Source of the DNA: an uncultured Phycisphaerales bacterium
Lineage (GTDB): Bacteria; Planctomycetota; Phycisphaerae; Tepidisphaerales; Tepidisphaeraceae
Assembly: GCA_963758525.1 (NCBI GenBank)
Contig: CAVWVQ010000003.1
Location: forward strand, 2,336,001 to 2,400,000
Length of the DNA: 64,000 nucleotides
Reading direction: 5' to 3'
Under the pieces are notes generated by a model. That model was not told the origin of the DNA, did not search any database, and worked only from the letters and a program-made list of their open reading frames with translations. A program made the translations under genes and the position numbers. Positions 32,214-42,909 of this stretch are shown here, one piece after another. The stretch's first letter is position 1. Each line of letters begins with the position of its first letter.

Positions 32214-32674
32214 AATCTCTTCCCAAATCTGTCGTGATATCCAAGCGGCAAACCTTCTACGTCCGGATCGGCTGGCTCCCACCTCCACTCAAACACAATT
32301 CCATGAGGGTTAACATACACGCAAAATACCTTTCCGGGTACGGGCGGTATCTTCGCGCCTCCGTTAGTATAGGCACAAGCAGGCACCCCCGAATAGCACG
32401 TCCCGCCGACTTGGAAATCCCGCACACCATCGAAAATCGCCGCGGGCGCGGCCAATACATGCTGTACGGGACTTCCAGTTGTTGGGTCGGACCTGTCCCC
32501 GATGACCTCGTGCAGCATCGATGCCGGACGGGTCTTTTGAAAGCGGACAACCAGATCGCTCATAAGCTTGACTATTTTGTCCCCTCCCGTGTCGGGGGAG
32601 AGCGCCTTGATGGGAAAATGAGCGGCAGTCGAGGGTTGTCCGGCAGAGGATTTATCGGGTCGTTCGCGCCCCAC
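32195..32674 (-). CDS. Hypothetical protein, candidate RelE/BECR-fold toxin
   Basis: VQHVLAAPAAIFDGVR then beta strands VFCVYV..VFEWRWE. Confidence 0.5.
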   Translation of the reverse strand: MGRERPDKSSAGQPSTAAHFPIKALSPDTGGDKIVKLMSDLVVRFQKTRPASMLHEVIGDRSDPTTGSPVQHVLAAPAAIFDGVRDFQVGGTCYSGVPACAYTNGGAKIPPVPGKVFCVYVNPHGIVFEWRWEPADPDVEGLPLGYHDRFGKRLWPKQL

Positions 32675-32776
32675 GAAATTCAGCTTATCCGTCTTTTCTT
32701 ATCACTTCAACGCCTGCAGAAGACTCAGCAAGAAGAGTCTTTGAAGGCCGGCTATGTCCCTCCCGTCCCTTCCCCC

Positions 32777-32935
32777 TCACTTTTTCATCGCGGCAGCGGC
32801 GCGCATGTTGTCGACGAGATTCGGGTACTTCCGGCCGGCGCGTTTCGCCGCGGCTTTGGCGGAGGCTTTGGCCTTTGGCGTCAGCTTTGTGGATTTCTTC
32901 TTCGGGTTGGGACGCTTCCAGGGAGGAGATTTCAT
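32777..32935 (-). CDS. Small Lys/Ala-rich basic protein (52 aa), absent from ORF track
   Basis: Translated by hand: MKSPPWKRPNPKKKSTKLTPKAKASAKAAAKRAGRKYPNLVDNMRAAAAMKK*. Confidence 0.7.
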   Translation of the reverse strand: MKSPPWKRPNPKKKSTKLTPKAKASAKAAAKRAGRKYPNLVDNMRAAAAMKK

Positions 32936-33120
32936 AGGCTATGCAGCGTACCGGGATCGGAAGAGTCGCGGAGCGGGAGAAATCGGTGAGACTTCAGCGC
33001 CGGCGGGGCATTGCAAAATGCAAATTGAGGATTGCAAATTGCAAAATGGGGACAGGGCTAGCCGCTTCGTTCTTCGCGGGGCCCGGCGCGAGCGAGGCGA
33101 GCAGTGGTTTTTCAGCGCAT

Positions 33121-33181
33121 AAAAAATGGCCCGCGAGGTGATGGAGAGGGGGGGAACTCCATCGGGGAAACCCGCGGGCCG
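33121..33181 (-). ncRNA. Candidate ~60-nt hairpin sRNA with C-rich loops
   Basis: GGCCCGCG/CGCGGGCC and GATGGAG/CTCCATC stems, T6 tail, promoter directly upstream. Confidence 0.55.
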
Positions 33182-33186
33182 ACAGG

Positions 33187-33214
33187 AGTATACACCACGT
33201 GGGGATTTTCACAA
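33187..33214 (-). promoter_or_regulatory. Sigma-70-like promoter
   Basis: TTGTGA-16-TATACT, T-rich tract upstream. Confidence 0.55.
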
Positions 33215-33378
33215 ACTGAAAATCGAAAAAGAAAAGGGGCCGTCGGGGGGACGAGCGGGGATTGAAGAAGGGCGCGCGGTTCTGCATGATTTGCGTGACG
33301 CTTCAAACCGCGATCGCTCCGCGTTCTGGGCTCAAACCGGGGATTGGCTCGTCTGGGAAGATCGCCCAAGGGAGACGC

Positions 33379-34770
33379 TTGCAAACGTCCGATAATCCAT
33401 CAGCTACACGCGTGCCAGCCGGTGTTAGGGGGGAATTCCCGGGTCCGCGCGGGCATTGGCTCAGGGGGTGCCTCCCGCAAATGAGGAGCGATCCACTTGG
33501 GCTTTATACCGATGCCCGCCGGGAGTTTGGGGATTACGTGCGCATTCGCGTTGTCGCCGGAATCGAGTGCTACCTGCTGACTCATCCGGACGCGGTCGAG
33601 CACATTTTGCATAAGCGGCATCGCAACTACCGCAAGCCGGACCGATTTTACAATAGCGTGGGGCTGCTGGTCGGCAACGGGCTGTTCACCAATGAGGGAG
33701 AGGCCTGGCACCGGCAGCGGCAACTGGCGCAGCCGGCGTTTCACCGGCAGTCTATTTCGATGCTAAGCCCGCTCATGGTCGAGGGGGCCGAGGCGTTTGT
33801 GCGGGAGCAGGAGCCGAACGTCGGGCAGCCGATCGACATGGTGCCAGCGATGATGAAGGTGGGAATGCGGATCGCCAGCACGACGCTGTTCGGCGCGGAT
33901 ATCTCGGGCGACGCGGACACCGTCGGCACCGCATACCGAACCGCCTTCGCGCACATCAGCCGGCGGATGAACTCCACGCAACTGGTGCCGAACTGGGCGC
34001 CGACGGCCGCCAATCGCTCGTTTGCCCGGGCGAAGCGGCTGCTGGATCAGTTGGTGATGCAACTGATTGCCGCACGGCGCGCCAGCGCCGATGACTCGAA
34101 ACGGGATCTGCTCTCCATGCTGATGGACGCGCGAGAGGAAGGTTCTGGCGAGCGCATGTCCGATCGGCAGTTGATGGACGAGGTGCTGACGCTGCTCACT
34201 GCGGGGCACGAAAATATCGGGGCCGCGCTGGTCTGGACGTGGTATCTGATTGCGAGACATCCCGTCACGCAGCGCGATCTTCACGACGAGCTTGACGCGC
34301 AATTGGGAGGACGTAGCCCCGCGATGGATGATCTGACGAAGCTGCCGATGCTGTGCGCCGTCTTCGCGGAATCACTGCGGCTGTATCCGCCGGGATGGGG
34401 CCAGTTGCGCGAGAGCATTGAGCCCGATGAGATCGAGGGGTACGCGGTTCCCGCCAAGGCGATGATTCTGCTCTGCCAGTGGGTGACGCACCGGCATCCG
34501 GATTTCTGGGAGGACGCCGAGCAGTTCAAGCCGGAGCGGTTCTTGAACGGGAGCGCCGATCGGCATCGGTTTGCCTATTTCCCGTTTGGCGGCGGGCCGC
34601 GCATCTGCATCGGATTGCAGTTTGCGATGTGCGAGGGGCCGTTGGTGCTGGCGACGATTCTGCAGCGGTTTGAGATCGAGTTGGTGGCGGGGCAGGAGGT
34701 GACGCCGGACGCGACGTTCACGCTGCTGCCCAAGCATGGGTTGAAGGCGATCCTGCGCGATCGGGGGTGA
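33379..34770 (+). CDS. Cytochrome P450 (probable TTG start)
   Basis: AGHEN I-helix, ESLR, PERF, FGGGPRICIG heme motif; AAGGGAG RBS. Confidence 0.95.
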   Translation: MQTSDNPSATRVPAGVRGEFPGPRGHWLRGCLPQMRSDPLGLYTDARREFGDYVRIRVVAGIECYLLTHPDAVEHILHKRHRNYRKPDRFYNSVGLLVGNGLFTNEGEAWHRQRQLAQPAFHRQSISMLSPLMVEGAEAFVREQEPNVGQPIDMVPAMMKVGMRIASTTLFGADISGDADTVGTAYRTAFAHISRRMNSTQLVPNWAPTAANRSFARAKRLLDQLVMQLIAARRASADDSKRDLLSMLMDAREEGSGERMSDRQLMDEVLTLLTAGHENIGAALVWTWYLIARHPVTQRDLHDELDAQLGGRSPAMDDLTKLPMLCAVFAESLRLYPPGWGQLRESIEPDEIEGYAVPAKAMILLCQWVTHRHPDFWEDAEQFKPERFLNGSADRHRFAYFPFGGGPRICIGLQFAMCEGPLVLATILQRFEIELVAGQEVTPDATFTLLPKHGLKAILRDRG

Positions 34771-34805
34771 TGCGGTCTGTCGACGCCATCTGCAAAGGTT
34801 GGAAG

Positions 34806-35228
34806 TTACCGAATCGCTATGCCTCCGGGATCACTTCCCAATTTCTGCAGCGATGACAGTCGCTCGTGGAGCAAATGCAATTGGTCACTCATCCGTTCGT
34901 GGTCGCAGCCGTCGACGATGATCCGCGGAGAAAACTGCATCGACGCCAGCGTGAGCGTCATCAGTAGGATGGCGAAGACGATCGAAACGACCGTCATGAT
35001 AGACGTCGCAATGGCGGCAAGAATGACCTGGGCCACGACGGGATCCGCCCGCGTGGGAAACAGAAAGCGGGGAACCCAGGCGCTGAAGGCGGGGTAAAAT
35101 TCCTCAAGCCACGAGAGTCCAGCGCCCAAGGTTCCCAGCGCCAGTGCGATGGCCAGCGGCCGTAGCAGAAACCCGCCGCGCAGGTTGTACAGAATGTGGC
35201 GAAAGATGAGCGGGAGGCGCTTGTTCAT
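34806..35228 (-). pseudogene. Truncated DUF2254-like membrane protein
   Basis: Family-like up to LTLASMQFSPRII, then unrelated-looking sequence and stop. Confidence 0.65.
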
Positions 35229-35388
35229 GACTGGAATGAAATGCAGAGGCATGAAATGGCCCGACCATTCCCGCGCCTGCGGCCGAGGCACGACCGCACC
35301 GGGAATCATCGTAATTCAGCGGCGGGCATTTTGCGAAGAAGACGGATCATGCCCTGGCGAGCGGGCGTGGCGCTCGAACTTGGCGAGC

Positions 35389-35455
35389 AGGGCGGGATTC
35401 ATCCCGCCGATCTGTTGGCCGGCCGAGAAATCGGCGGGGTGAATCCCGCCCTACC
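35389..35455. repeat. REP doublet family A, inverted relative to the 8751 copy
   Basis: Arms and spacer match the reverse complement of 8751..8820. Confidence 0.9.
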
Positions 35456-35470
35456 ATCACAAGATAAGAG

Positions 35471-37154
35471 TTACACCTTGGCGAGCGGACGGGCGGCGGC
35501 GGATTCGTAGTCGCGGATCGCCTCGACGGCGTCGAGGGGGGTCTGCGCCTGGGAGAGGGCGCGGCGCAATTCGCGGTTTTGCAGCGCACGGCCGACGCGG
35601 GCGAGAAGCTGGAGGTGAATATTTGACCCGCTCTCGGGGGAGAGAAGCAGAAACACCGCCTCGACCGGTTTTTCCGTCTGGGCGTCGAGCACGCCGCCGT
35701 GGGTCAGCCCAAGGGCGACGAGCGGCTCGTTGATTTCCTCGAGACGCGCGTGCGGGAGGGCAATCCCTTCGTTGAGATAGGTCGATCCCTGCTTCTCGCG
35801 CTCCAGCAGCTTTTCGATGACGTGCTGCGGCTCCAGCGACGGATTGCCTCGCGTGACGGATTCAACCAGGCGCTTGCGGATATCCCTGGTGGTGATCGGA
35901 TCCTTCCAGATGACAATGCGCTCGGGCGCGAGAAGCCCGCTCAGAATCCCCGGCGGCCGGGCGGCGCCGTCGTTTGACGGGGCGTTGGGCTCGATGAATT
36001 CGGTGGAGGTGCGCTCGTCGCTTTCGGCGTCAACGACGACGATCGTCACGCCGCGGGCGCGATGGATCAGTCCTTCGGCGACGCTCTTCTCGCCGCTGAT
36101 GCGCCGCCACCAGGGAAGCCGGCGCGGCCGGCCGATGACCACCTGCCCGACGCGATATTCCTTGGCGAAGCGCAGAATCGTGTCAACCACGTCCTGGCCT
36201 TTGAAGGTGAAGACCATGGCGCCCAACTGGTTGGCAAGCGTAAGCGTGTCGGCCAGCAGGCGCTGGGTGACCGCGTCGATGACCGTCGGCTCTTCGCGCG
36301 GGGTCTGCACGTAGATGGCATACCAGTTGCGATTGAGCCGGCCCGCGAGGCGCGACGCAAAGCGAAGCAGCCGCGCGCTGTTGGGCCCGCGCGACGAGAG
36401 GCAGACCATGATCTGGTCGGGGGCGCCGTTGGTAGGCGGCGCGTGCTGGTCCTGGGCGGTCTCGCGGCGCTTGAAGTCGAGCTGCGAGGCCAGCTCGCGC
36501 AGCGTGAGCTCGCGCAGATGTTCGAGATTGGACTCGGTAAAGAAATTCTCCAGCGACGACGCGACGCGATCCTTCGGATAAATCTTCCCTTCGCGCAGGC
36601 GCGTCTGCAGATCCTCCGCGGCCAGGTCGATGTTGACCACCTGATCGGCCTCGGAGAGCACCGAGTCGGGAATGCGCTCGCGCACCTTCACGCCGATGAG
36701 CTGTTCGACGGTGTTGTAGAGGCTCTCCAGATGCTGCACGTTGAGCGCGGAGATGACGTGAATTCCCGCGGCGAGAATGTCCTGCACGTCCTGGTATCGC
36801 TTGGCATTGCGGCTGCCGGGAACATTGGTGTGGGCAAGCTCGTCGACGAGCACCACCTGCGGCTTGGCGCCAGGATCGCGTCAACGTCCATCTCTTCGAC
36901 GACGATGCCGTGATATTCGCTCTTTCGGCGCGGGATCACTTCAAGGCCGTCAATCAGCTTGGCAGTTTCGGCGCGACCATGCGTTTCGACCAGTCCGACG
37001 ACGACGTCGATTCCGTCTTTCTTGAGGCGATGCGCCTCGGAGAGCATCTGAAACGTCTTGCCGACGCCGGGGCCGTAGCCGAGATAGACTTTCAGCCGGC
37101 CGCGCTGGGAGCGACGAATGAGCTGGAGAAAAGCTTGGCGCGGTCTTCAGACAT
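35471..37154 (-). CDS. kdpD: KdpD N-terminal domain + USP + PTS EIIA fusion, no TM or kinase; frameshifts near 37138 and 36868
   Basis: RGRLKVYLGYGPGVGKT, VETHGR, LVDELAHTN, LRELTLR; USP with VVIG; GIALPHAR EIIA motif. Confidence 0.85.
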
Positions 37155-37160
37155 ATTTAG

Positions 37161-37345
37161 GTACCACGGGTTTCCAACCCGTGCGAGGAGCATCAGAACG
37201 ACAAAGGCCCCGGGCTCTCTCTGAACCCGACTCGAAGAAAACTCGTGCGAACAGCATCAAAAGGACAACGACTCCAGTTTCTGCGTCAGGGGAATATCAT
37301 CACTTTACTGCTGCGCACTATGCACGGGTTGGAAACCCGTGGTAC
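37161..37345. repeat. REP-like doublet family B
   Basis: GTACCACGGGTTTCCAACCCGTG ... CACGGGTTGGAAACCCGTGGTAC. Confidence 0.9.
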
Positions 37346-37559
37346 GTGTAAGTCTCCAGCGGTTGAGCGCGACGAGCGACCAGATCGCTTCAACCAGGCC
37401 GAAGGGCCACGCGCCCTGCAGGAAGCCGTAAATTGACCCCATTACGCAGGAGCCCGCGAAGGCCAGGACGTACCAGGGCGAGCGGTCTTCCATCGCGTAG
37501 GTGAAGAGCATCAGGCTCACCGCGAGGAGTCCGAATAATGTGAGACGATCGAGTGTCAT
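37305..37559 (-). CDS. Small three-TM membrane protein
   Basis: LFGLLAVSLML..YGFLQGAWPFGLVEAIW; C-terminus runs into the REP. Confidence 0.75.
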   Translation of the reverse strand: MTLDRLTLFGLLAVSLMLFTYAMEDRSPWYVLAFAGSCVMGSIYGFLQGAWPFGLVEAIWSLVALNRWRLTRTTGFQPVHSAQQ

Positions 37560-37562
37560 ACC

Positions 37563-37660
37563 TGTACCACGGGTTTCCAACCCGTGCCTGCGGCTGCAAA
37601 GATCAAACGACGCAACTGTACCACTCTCGCACAACACACGGGTTGGAAACCCGTGGTACA
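37563..37660. repeat. REP-like doublet family B
   Basis: Same inverted arms. Confidence 0.9.
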
Positions 37661-37725
37661 AACGGCGGTCGCGGGGCGGCGTGTGGCGATGCCAGGCCCC
37701 GCGACCAGCCGGGAAGTCGATCTGG

Positions 37726-38640
37726 TTATTTGACCGGCGCCGTCGTCGGTGCCGTGGCGGGCGGCGCGGGGACGGGGTAGGCCGCATCCAGCGCCAGGTT
37801 CGCCATGAGCACATTCACGCCCGGATCGCCAAGAAGCCCGAAACTAGGATTGTCGGTGTGCTGATCGAGCAGTGCCAGCACTCTCTCGACTGGAACGTGC
37901 CGCGCATCGGCGACGCGCCGGGCCTGCATGCGGGCGTTGTCGGGACTGATGTGCGGATCGAGACCGGAGGCGGAAGCAGTGACGGCATCGCTGGGAATCA
38001 GAACGGCCGATCCGTCGGCTTTTCTGAAATCGCCGGCGACGAGTACGACGCGATCGGCCGCATCGCTGGCCGGATGCGGGAAAGCGTCGATCAGTGCGAC
38101 ATCGTTGAGATTGCCCTGCGCATCGGTGAACTTGGCCAGCGGAACTTCATCGCGTGTTCCGTCAGGCTTCAGATTGTAGAGCTTGAACGACAGGCCATTG
38201 TCCATCGCATAATGCAGCGTCCGCAGGCGAACACCGTCGTAGGCGACCGACTCCGGCTGGGTCGTCGGCTGCGTGGTGGCGGCGTTGGTGACTCCATTGA
38301 GCAGCTTATCGCTCAGCGGCCCCAGGTTGCTCCCGCCCGAACTGCTCGGATCGTAGCCACTGCCCGCGGCGCTGGGCCGGGGATGGAAATATCCCGGGAA
38401 AGTGAACGACTGCCCGAGAAGAGACGAACCTACCGCCTGATCATCTTTGGTGGTGAAGCTTCCGTCCCGTTTGACCAGCGATCCGTTCGCGCGGGCGGGG
38501 AAGAGTGCCTGCCCGAGTCCCCAGACAATCAGCGGATAGATTCCGCAGCAGATGATCACCAGCACGATCGTGGCGCTGATGGACGAGAATAAATGGCGAA
38601 CGAATGATCCGCCGGATTCTGAATGTAATTTCTGAGTCAT
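37726..38640 (-). CDS. kdpC: K+-transporting ATPase subunit C (long form)
   Basis: GIYPL, ANGS, GSSLLGQSF, YFHPRPSA, SGGSNLGP, VTASASGLDPHIS, VNVLMANLALD. Confidence 0.95.
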   Translation of the reverse strand: MTQKLHSESGGSFVRHLFSSISATIVLVIICCGIYPLIVWGLGQALFPARANGSLVKRDGSFTTKDDQAVGSSLLGQSFTFPGYFHPRPSAAGSGYDPSSSGGSNLGPLSDKLLNGVTNAATTQPTTQPESVAYDGVRLRTLHYAMDNGLSFKLYNLKPDGTRDEVPLAKFTDAQGNLNDVALIDAFPHPASDAADRVVLVAGDFRKADGSAVLIPSDAVTASASGLDPHISPDNARMQARRVADARHVPVERVLALLDQHTDNPSFGLLGDPGVNVLMANLALDAAYPVPAPPATAPTTAPVK

Positions 38641-38655
38641 GACTGCTCCGTTTGT

Positions 38656-38785
38656 AAACCCGAACGACGAGACCCGATCGCAAAACAAATCCGAATGACG
38701 AAACCCGATCGCGTAACAAACCCGAATGACGAAACCCGAATCCCCGAATCAAGTCCGAATGACGAATGACCGAATGACGAAACAA
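38656..38785. repeat. CGAATGAC/AAACCCGA short-repeat cluster
   Basis: Repeated CCGAATGACGAA units between kdpB and kdpC. Confidence 0.8.
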
Positions 38786-38879
38786 AAATGCGCAACTTGG
38801 ATCCCCTTTCTTACCCTTCGTGCCTCCGTGCCGCAGTTTACCCGCCGCGGCGGGTGCCTCCGTGCCTTTCTTCCTCCCT

Positions 38880-40917
38880 TCAACTCACAACGTGCCGGAC
38901 GAGCAAATCGATCGCCCAGATGCCGGGGAACGGGCAGATCACGCCACCCACTCCGTAGACCAGGAGGTTGCGGCGCAGAATGACCGATGCGGATGCGGGT
39001 CGGAATTTCACGCCGCGCAGGGCCAGGGGAATCAGCAGGATGATGATGACGGCATTGAAGATGACGGCACTGAGGATCGCGCTGTGTGGGGACGCCAGGC
39101 GCATCACATTCAACGGCGCGATCTGCGGAAACGCGCCAACGAGCATCGCGGGGATGATGGCAAAGTATTTGGCGACGTCGTTGGCCACGCTGAACGTCGT
39201 GAGGGCGCCGCGGGTCATCAGCAGTTGCTTGCCGATCTCGACAACTTCAATCAGCTTCGTCGGATTGCTGTCGAGATCGACCATGTTGCCCGCTTCCTTG
39301 GCGGCCTGGGTGCCGGTGTTCATCGCGACGCCCACGTCCGCCTGCGCCAGGCGCTGGCGCGTCGTTGGTTCCATCGCCGGTCATCGCGACCAGGTGACCG
39401 CTCGCTTGCTCCTTCTTGAGCAGCGCCAGCTTGGCTTCGGGCGTGGCCTGGGCGAGGAAATCATCGACGCCGGCCTCTTTGGCAATCGCTGCAGCCGTCA
39501 GCGGATTGTCGCCGGTGATCATGACTGTCTTAATGCCCATGGCGCGGAAGCGCTGGAAGCGGTCGGGCAAGCCCTGTTTGACGATGTCCTTCAGATAGAT
39601 CACGCCGAGCGCTTTGGTCCTGGTGGCGACGACCAGAGGCGTACCGCCGGCGCGACTGATCTTCTCGACCGACTGATCCAATTCCGATGCGAAGACGCCG
39701 CCGCTTTCGGCGACGAACTTTCGCACGCTGTCAGCCGCGCCTTTGCGATACACCTCACCGTTGACATTCAATCCGCTCATGCGGGTCTGGGCGGTAAACG
39801 GCACGAACACCGCGTGCGGCATCTCGCTGATTTCGCGGCCCCGCAGGCCGTACTTCTCCTTGGCGAGGACCACGATGCTGCGCCCTTCGGGCGTTTCGTC
39901 GGCGAGACTCGAAAGCTGCGCCGCGTTGGCCAGTTCCTCGGAGGAGACGCCCGGAGCGCACAGGAATTCCGCCGCCTGGCGATTCCCGAGCGTGATCGTG
40001 CCGGTCTTGTCGAGCAGGAGCACGTCGACGTCCCCCGCCGCCTCGACGGCCTTGCCGCTCATGGCAAGCACGTTGTGCTGCACCATGCGGTCGATCCCGG
40101 CGATGCCGATGGCGGACAGAAGGCCGCCGATCGTGGTTGGAATCAGGCAGACGAGCAGTGAGACCAGGACGGTGACGGTGATCGCCGCATCGACCGACGG
40201 ACCGGAGTACTGCGCGAAAGGCTTGAGGGTCACGCAGACCACCAGGAAGATAATCGTCAGCGCCGACAGCAGGATCGAGAGGGCGATCTCGTTGGGCGTC
40301 TTCTGGCGCTTGGCCCCTTCGATCAGCTCGATCATGCGGTCCATGAAACTCTCGCCGGGGTTGGCGGTGACGCGGATCTTGAGCTCGTCGGAAAGTACGG
40401 TGGTGCCGCCCGTCACCGCCGAGCGGTCGCCGCCGGCCTCGCGGATGACGGGAGCGGATTCGCCGGTGATGGCGGATTCGTTAACGCTGGCGGCGCCTTC
40501 AATGATCTCCCCGTCGGCGGCAATCAACTCATTGGCCGTGACGACCAACACATCGCCCTTGCGGAGCGATTCTGCCGCCACGGTCTGAATCGACCCGTCG
40601 GGCATGAGCTTTCGCCCGACGCTTTTGGTGCGGCTCTTGCGCAGCGTGTCCGCCTGGGCCTTGCCGCGCCCTTCGGCCATCGCTTCCGCGAAGTTGGCGA
40701 AGATGACGGTGAACCAGAGCCACAGCGAGATCTGGGCGACGAAGGATCGCGCATCTTTCGTAAAGAAAAGATCGACCGTGGTGACGGCAGCGCCAACCTG
40801 GGTCACAAACATGACCGGGTTCTTCCACATGTGAACTGGATTCAGCTTTTTGAGACTCTCGATGATCGCCGGCTTGACGATCTCCGCATCGAATAATGGT
40901 CGTGCTTTGGTAGCCAT
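38880..40917 (-). CDS. kdpB: K+-transporting ATPase subunit B, frameshift near 39350
   Basis: [40 protein letters not shown]. Confidence 0.97.
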
Positions 40918-40948
40918 AATAGTTCTCTCTATACAGACGGATTCTAGA

Positions 40949-42709
40949 TCAGTACGTGAGTTTGGATCCGGTCATAATGTAATGCTCGACAATTGGGGAC
41001 AGGGACAGCACCGGGAAGAACGTCAGCGCGCCGACGATGATGACGGTGCCGATGAGCAGCACGATGAACGTTGGTCCGGTGACCGGAAAGCTTCCGACAC
41101 TTGCCGGGGCGGCTTTTTTCTTCACGAGACTTCCGGCCAGAGCGAGGACGGGAACGATCATGAAGAACCTTCCGAAGAGAATGACGATGCCGAGGATGGT
41201 GTCCCAGTGACGATCGCCGTTGGTTGGCGCGCAAGTTAGACCTGCGAACGCGGAGCCGTTATTCCCGGTTCCGGAGCTGAACGCGTAGAGCATTTCGCCC
41301 AGCCCGTGCGGTCCGTTGTTGTTGAGTCCCGCCTGACCCCAATCGCTGATCGATGCCCAGGCGGTTGGCACGAGCACGCCAAACGCGGTGACCAGCACCA
41401 TCAGGGACGCGAGCTTTACGTCGTACGCTTCGATTTTCTTTCCGAGGTATTCGGGCGTTCGCCCGATCATGAGCCCGGCGATGAAGATGGCGACGAAGAC
41501 GAACACAAGCATGCCGTAGAGCCCTGAACCGACGCCGCCGAAAATCACCTCGCCGAGCTGCATGTTGATCAGCGGAATCAAGCCGCCCAGCGGCGTGAAG
41601 CTGTCGTGCATGGAGTTGACCGCGCCGCACGTGGTGCTGGTGGTCATCGCGGCAAAGGCGGCGGAGTTCATCACGCCGAAGCGCACTTCCTTCCCTTCCA
41701 TGTTCCCGTAACCAGGATCGACTCCGAGGTCGGCCAGTCGCGGGTTGCCGTGCGACTCGGCCGCCCAGCAAACAATGATCCCGGTCACCAGGACGATGAA
41801 CATCGCCGCCCAGACGGCCCAGCCGTGCGCCTGCTTGTTGACCATTCGGCCCAGGTAATAGGTCAACGCGCTGGCAACCGACATGAACGAGACGATCTGT
41901 ACGAAATCGACCAGCGGGTTGGGGTTCTCAAAGGGGTGAGAACTGTTGGCATTGTAGTAGCCGCCGCCGTTGGTCCCGAACATCTTGATGGCAATCATCG
42001 AAGCGACCGGTCCCTGGGCGATGGTCTGCGCGGTGGGCTGGGTCGTCGAAGCCGCGCCGGATTGATCCAGCGCGTTCACGACAGAATAAGGACGGAAATT
42101 CTGCGGCGTACCCTGCGAGATCAGGAACAATGCATAGACGATCGAGAGGGGCAGCAACAGATAGAGATTGAGCCGCACCAGGTCGCGCCAGAAGTTGCCG
42201 ATGGTCGAGCCGGCACTGGTTGCAATGCCGCGCACCAGCGCCGCCGCCACGGCGATACCGACAGCCGCCGAGAAGTAGTGGTGCATGACCAGAGCCACCA
42301 TCTGGGAGAAGTAGCTCATCGTCGATTCGCCGCCGTAGCTCTGCCAGTTTGTGTTGGTGAGGAAGCTGGCGGCAGTATTGAACGCGAGATGATCCGGCAC
42401 CGCGGGGAGTCCCTGCGGATTGAGCGGCAGCTTGGCCTGGAAGCGCAGCAGGCCGTAGGTCACGAGCATCGTCACGCAACTGAAGATCAGCATCGCGACG
42501 CTGTACTCTTTCCAGTTCTGCTCCTTCTTCGGATCGACGCCAAACATCTTGTAGAGCAACCGTTCGATCGGCCCGAGCGCGCGCTCCAGCGCGGTTCCTC
42601 CCTGCCGCTCCGGATCGAGAATGTGCAGCAGGTAAATTCCCAGCGGCTTGGTGAGCAAAGCGACCGCGCCAAGCATCAAAGCCAGTTGAAACCAGTCCGA
42701 ACCACGCAT
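40949..42709 (-). CDS. kdpA: K+-transporting ATPase subunit A
   Basis: [45 protein letters not shown]. Confidence 0.98.
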   Translation of the reverse strand: MRGSDWFQLALMLGAVALLTKPLGIYLLHILDPERQGGTALERALGPIERLLYKMFGVDPKKEQNWKEYSVAMLIFSCVTMLVTYGLLRFQAKLPLNPQGLPAVPDHLAFNTAASFLTNTNWQSYGGESTMSYFSQMVALVMHHYFSAAVGIAVAAALVRGIATSAGSTIGNFWRDLVRLNLYLLLPLSIVYALFLISQGTPQNFRPYSVVNALDQSGAASTTQPTAQTIAQGPVASMIAIKMFGTNGGGYYNANSSHPFENPNPLVDFVQIVSFMSVASALTYYLGRMVNKQAHGWAVWAAMFIVLVTGIIVCWAAESHGNPRLADLGVDPGYGNMEGKEVRFGVMNSAAFAAMTTSTTCGAVNSMHDSFTPLGGLIPLINMQLGEVIFGGVGSGLYGMLVFVFVAIFIAGLMIGRTPEYLGKKIEAYDVKLASLMVLVTAFGVLVPTAWASISDWGQAGLNNNGPHGLGEMLYAFSSGTGNNGSAFAGLTCAPTNGDRHWDTILGIVILFGRFFMIVPVLALAGSLVKKKAAPASVGSFPVTGPTFIVLLIGTVIIVGALTFFPVLSLSPIVEHYIMTGSKLTY

Positions 42710-42823
42710 GGCAAACTCCGTAATCTAAAATGAATGTGCTCGAGTGCGCTCACGTGCAAGCAGTATGCTGACCTCCGGACAGCGGCAAAAAGATTTTCAG
42801 AAGCGCGCAGTCGCGCAACGTCA

Positions 42824-42907
42824 TCAAAATTTCTCGGGACGAATCAGTGAAGCGAACAGATAGATCACCAGGCTGATCGCCACGATTCCCACACAAAGGT
42901 TTTCCAT
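42824..42907 (-). CDS. kdpF: K+-transporting ATPase subunit F
   Basis: MENLCVGIVAISLVIYLFASLIRPEKF. Confidence 0.9.
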   Translation of the reverse strand: MENLCVGIVAISLVIYLFASLIRPEKF

Positions 42908-42909
42908 GG

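Noticed and set aside
33379..34770. P450 as part of a biosynthetic cluster
   Set aside because: No adjacent synthase, evident precursor peptide or redox partner genes
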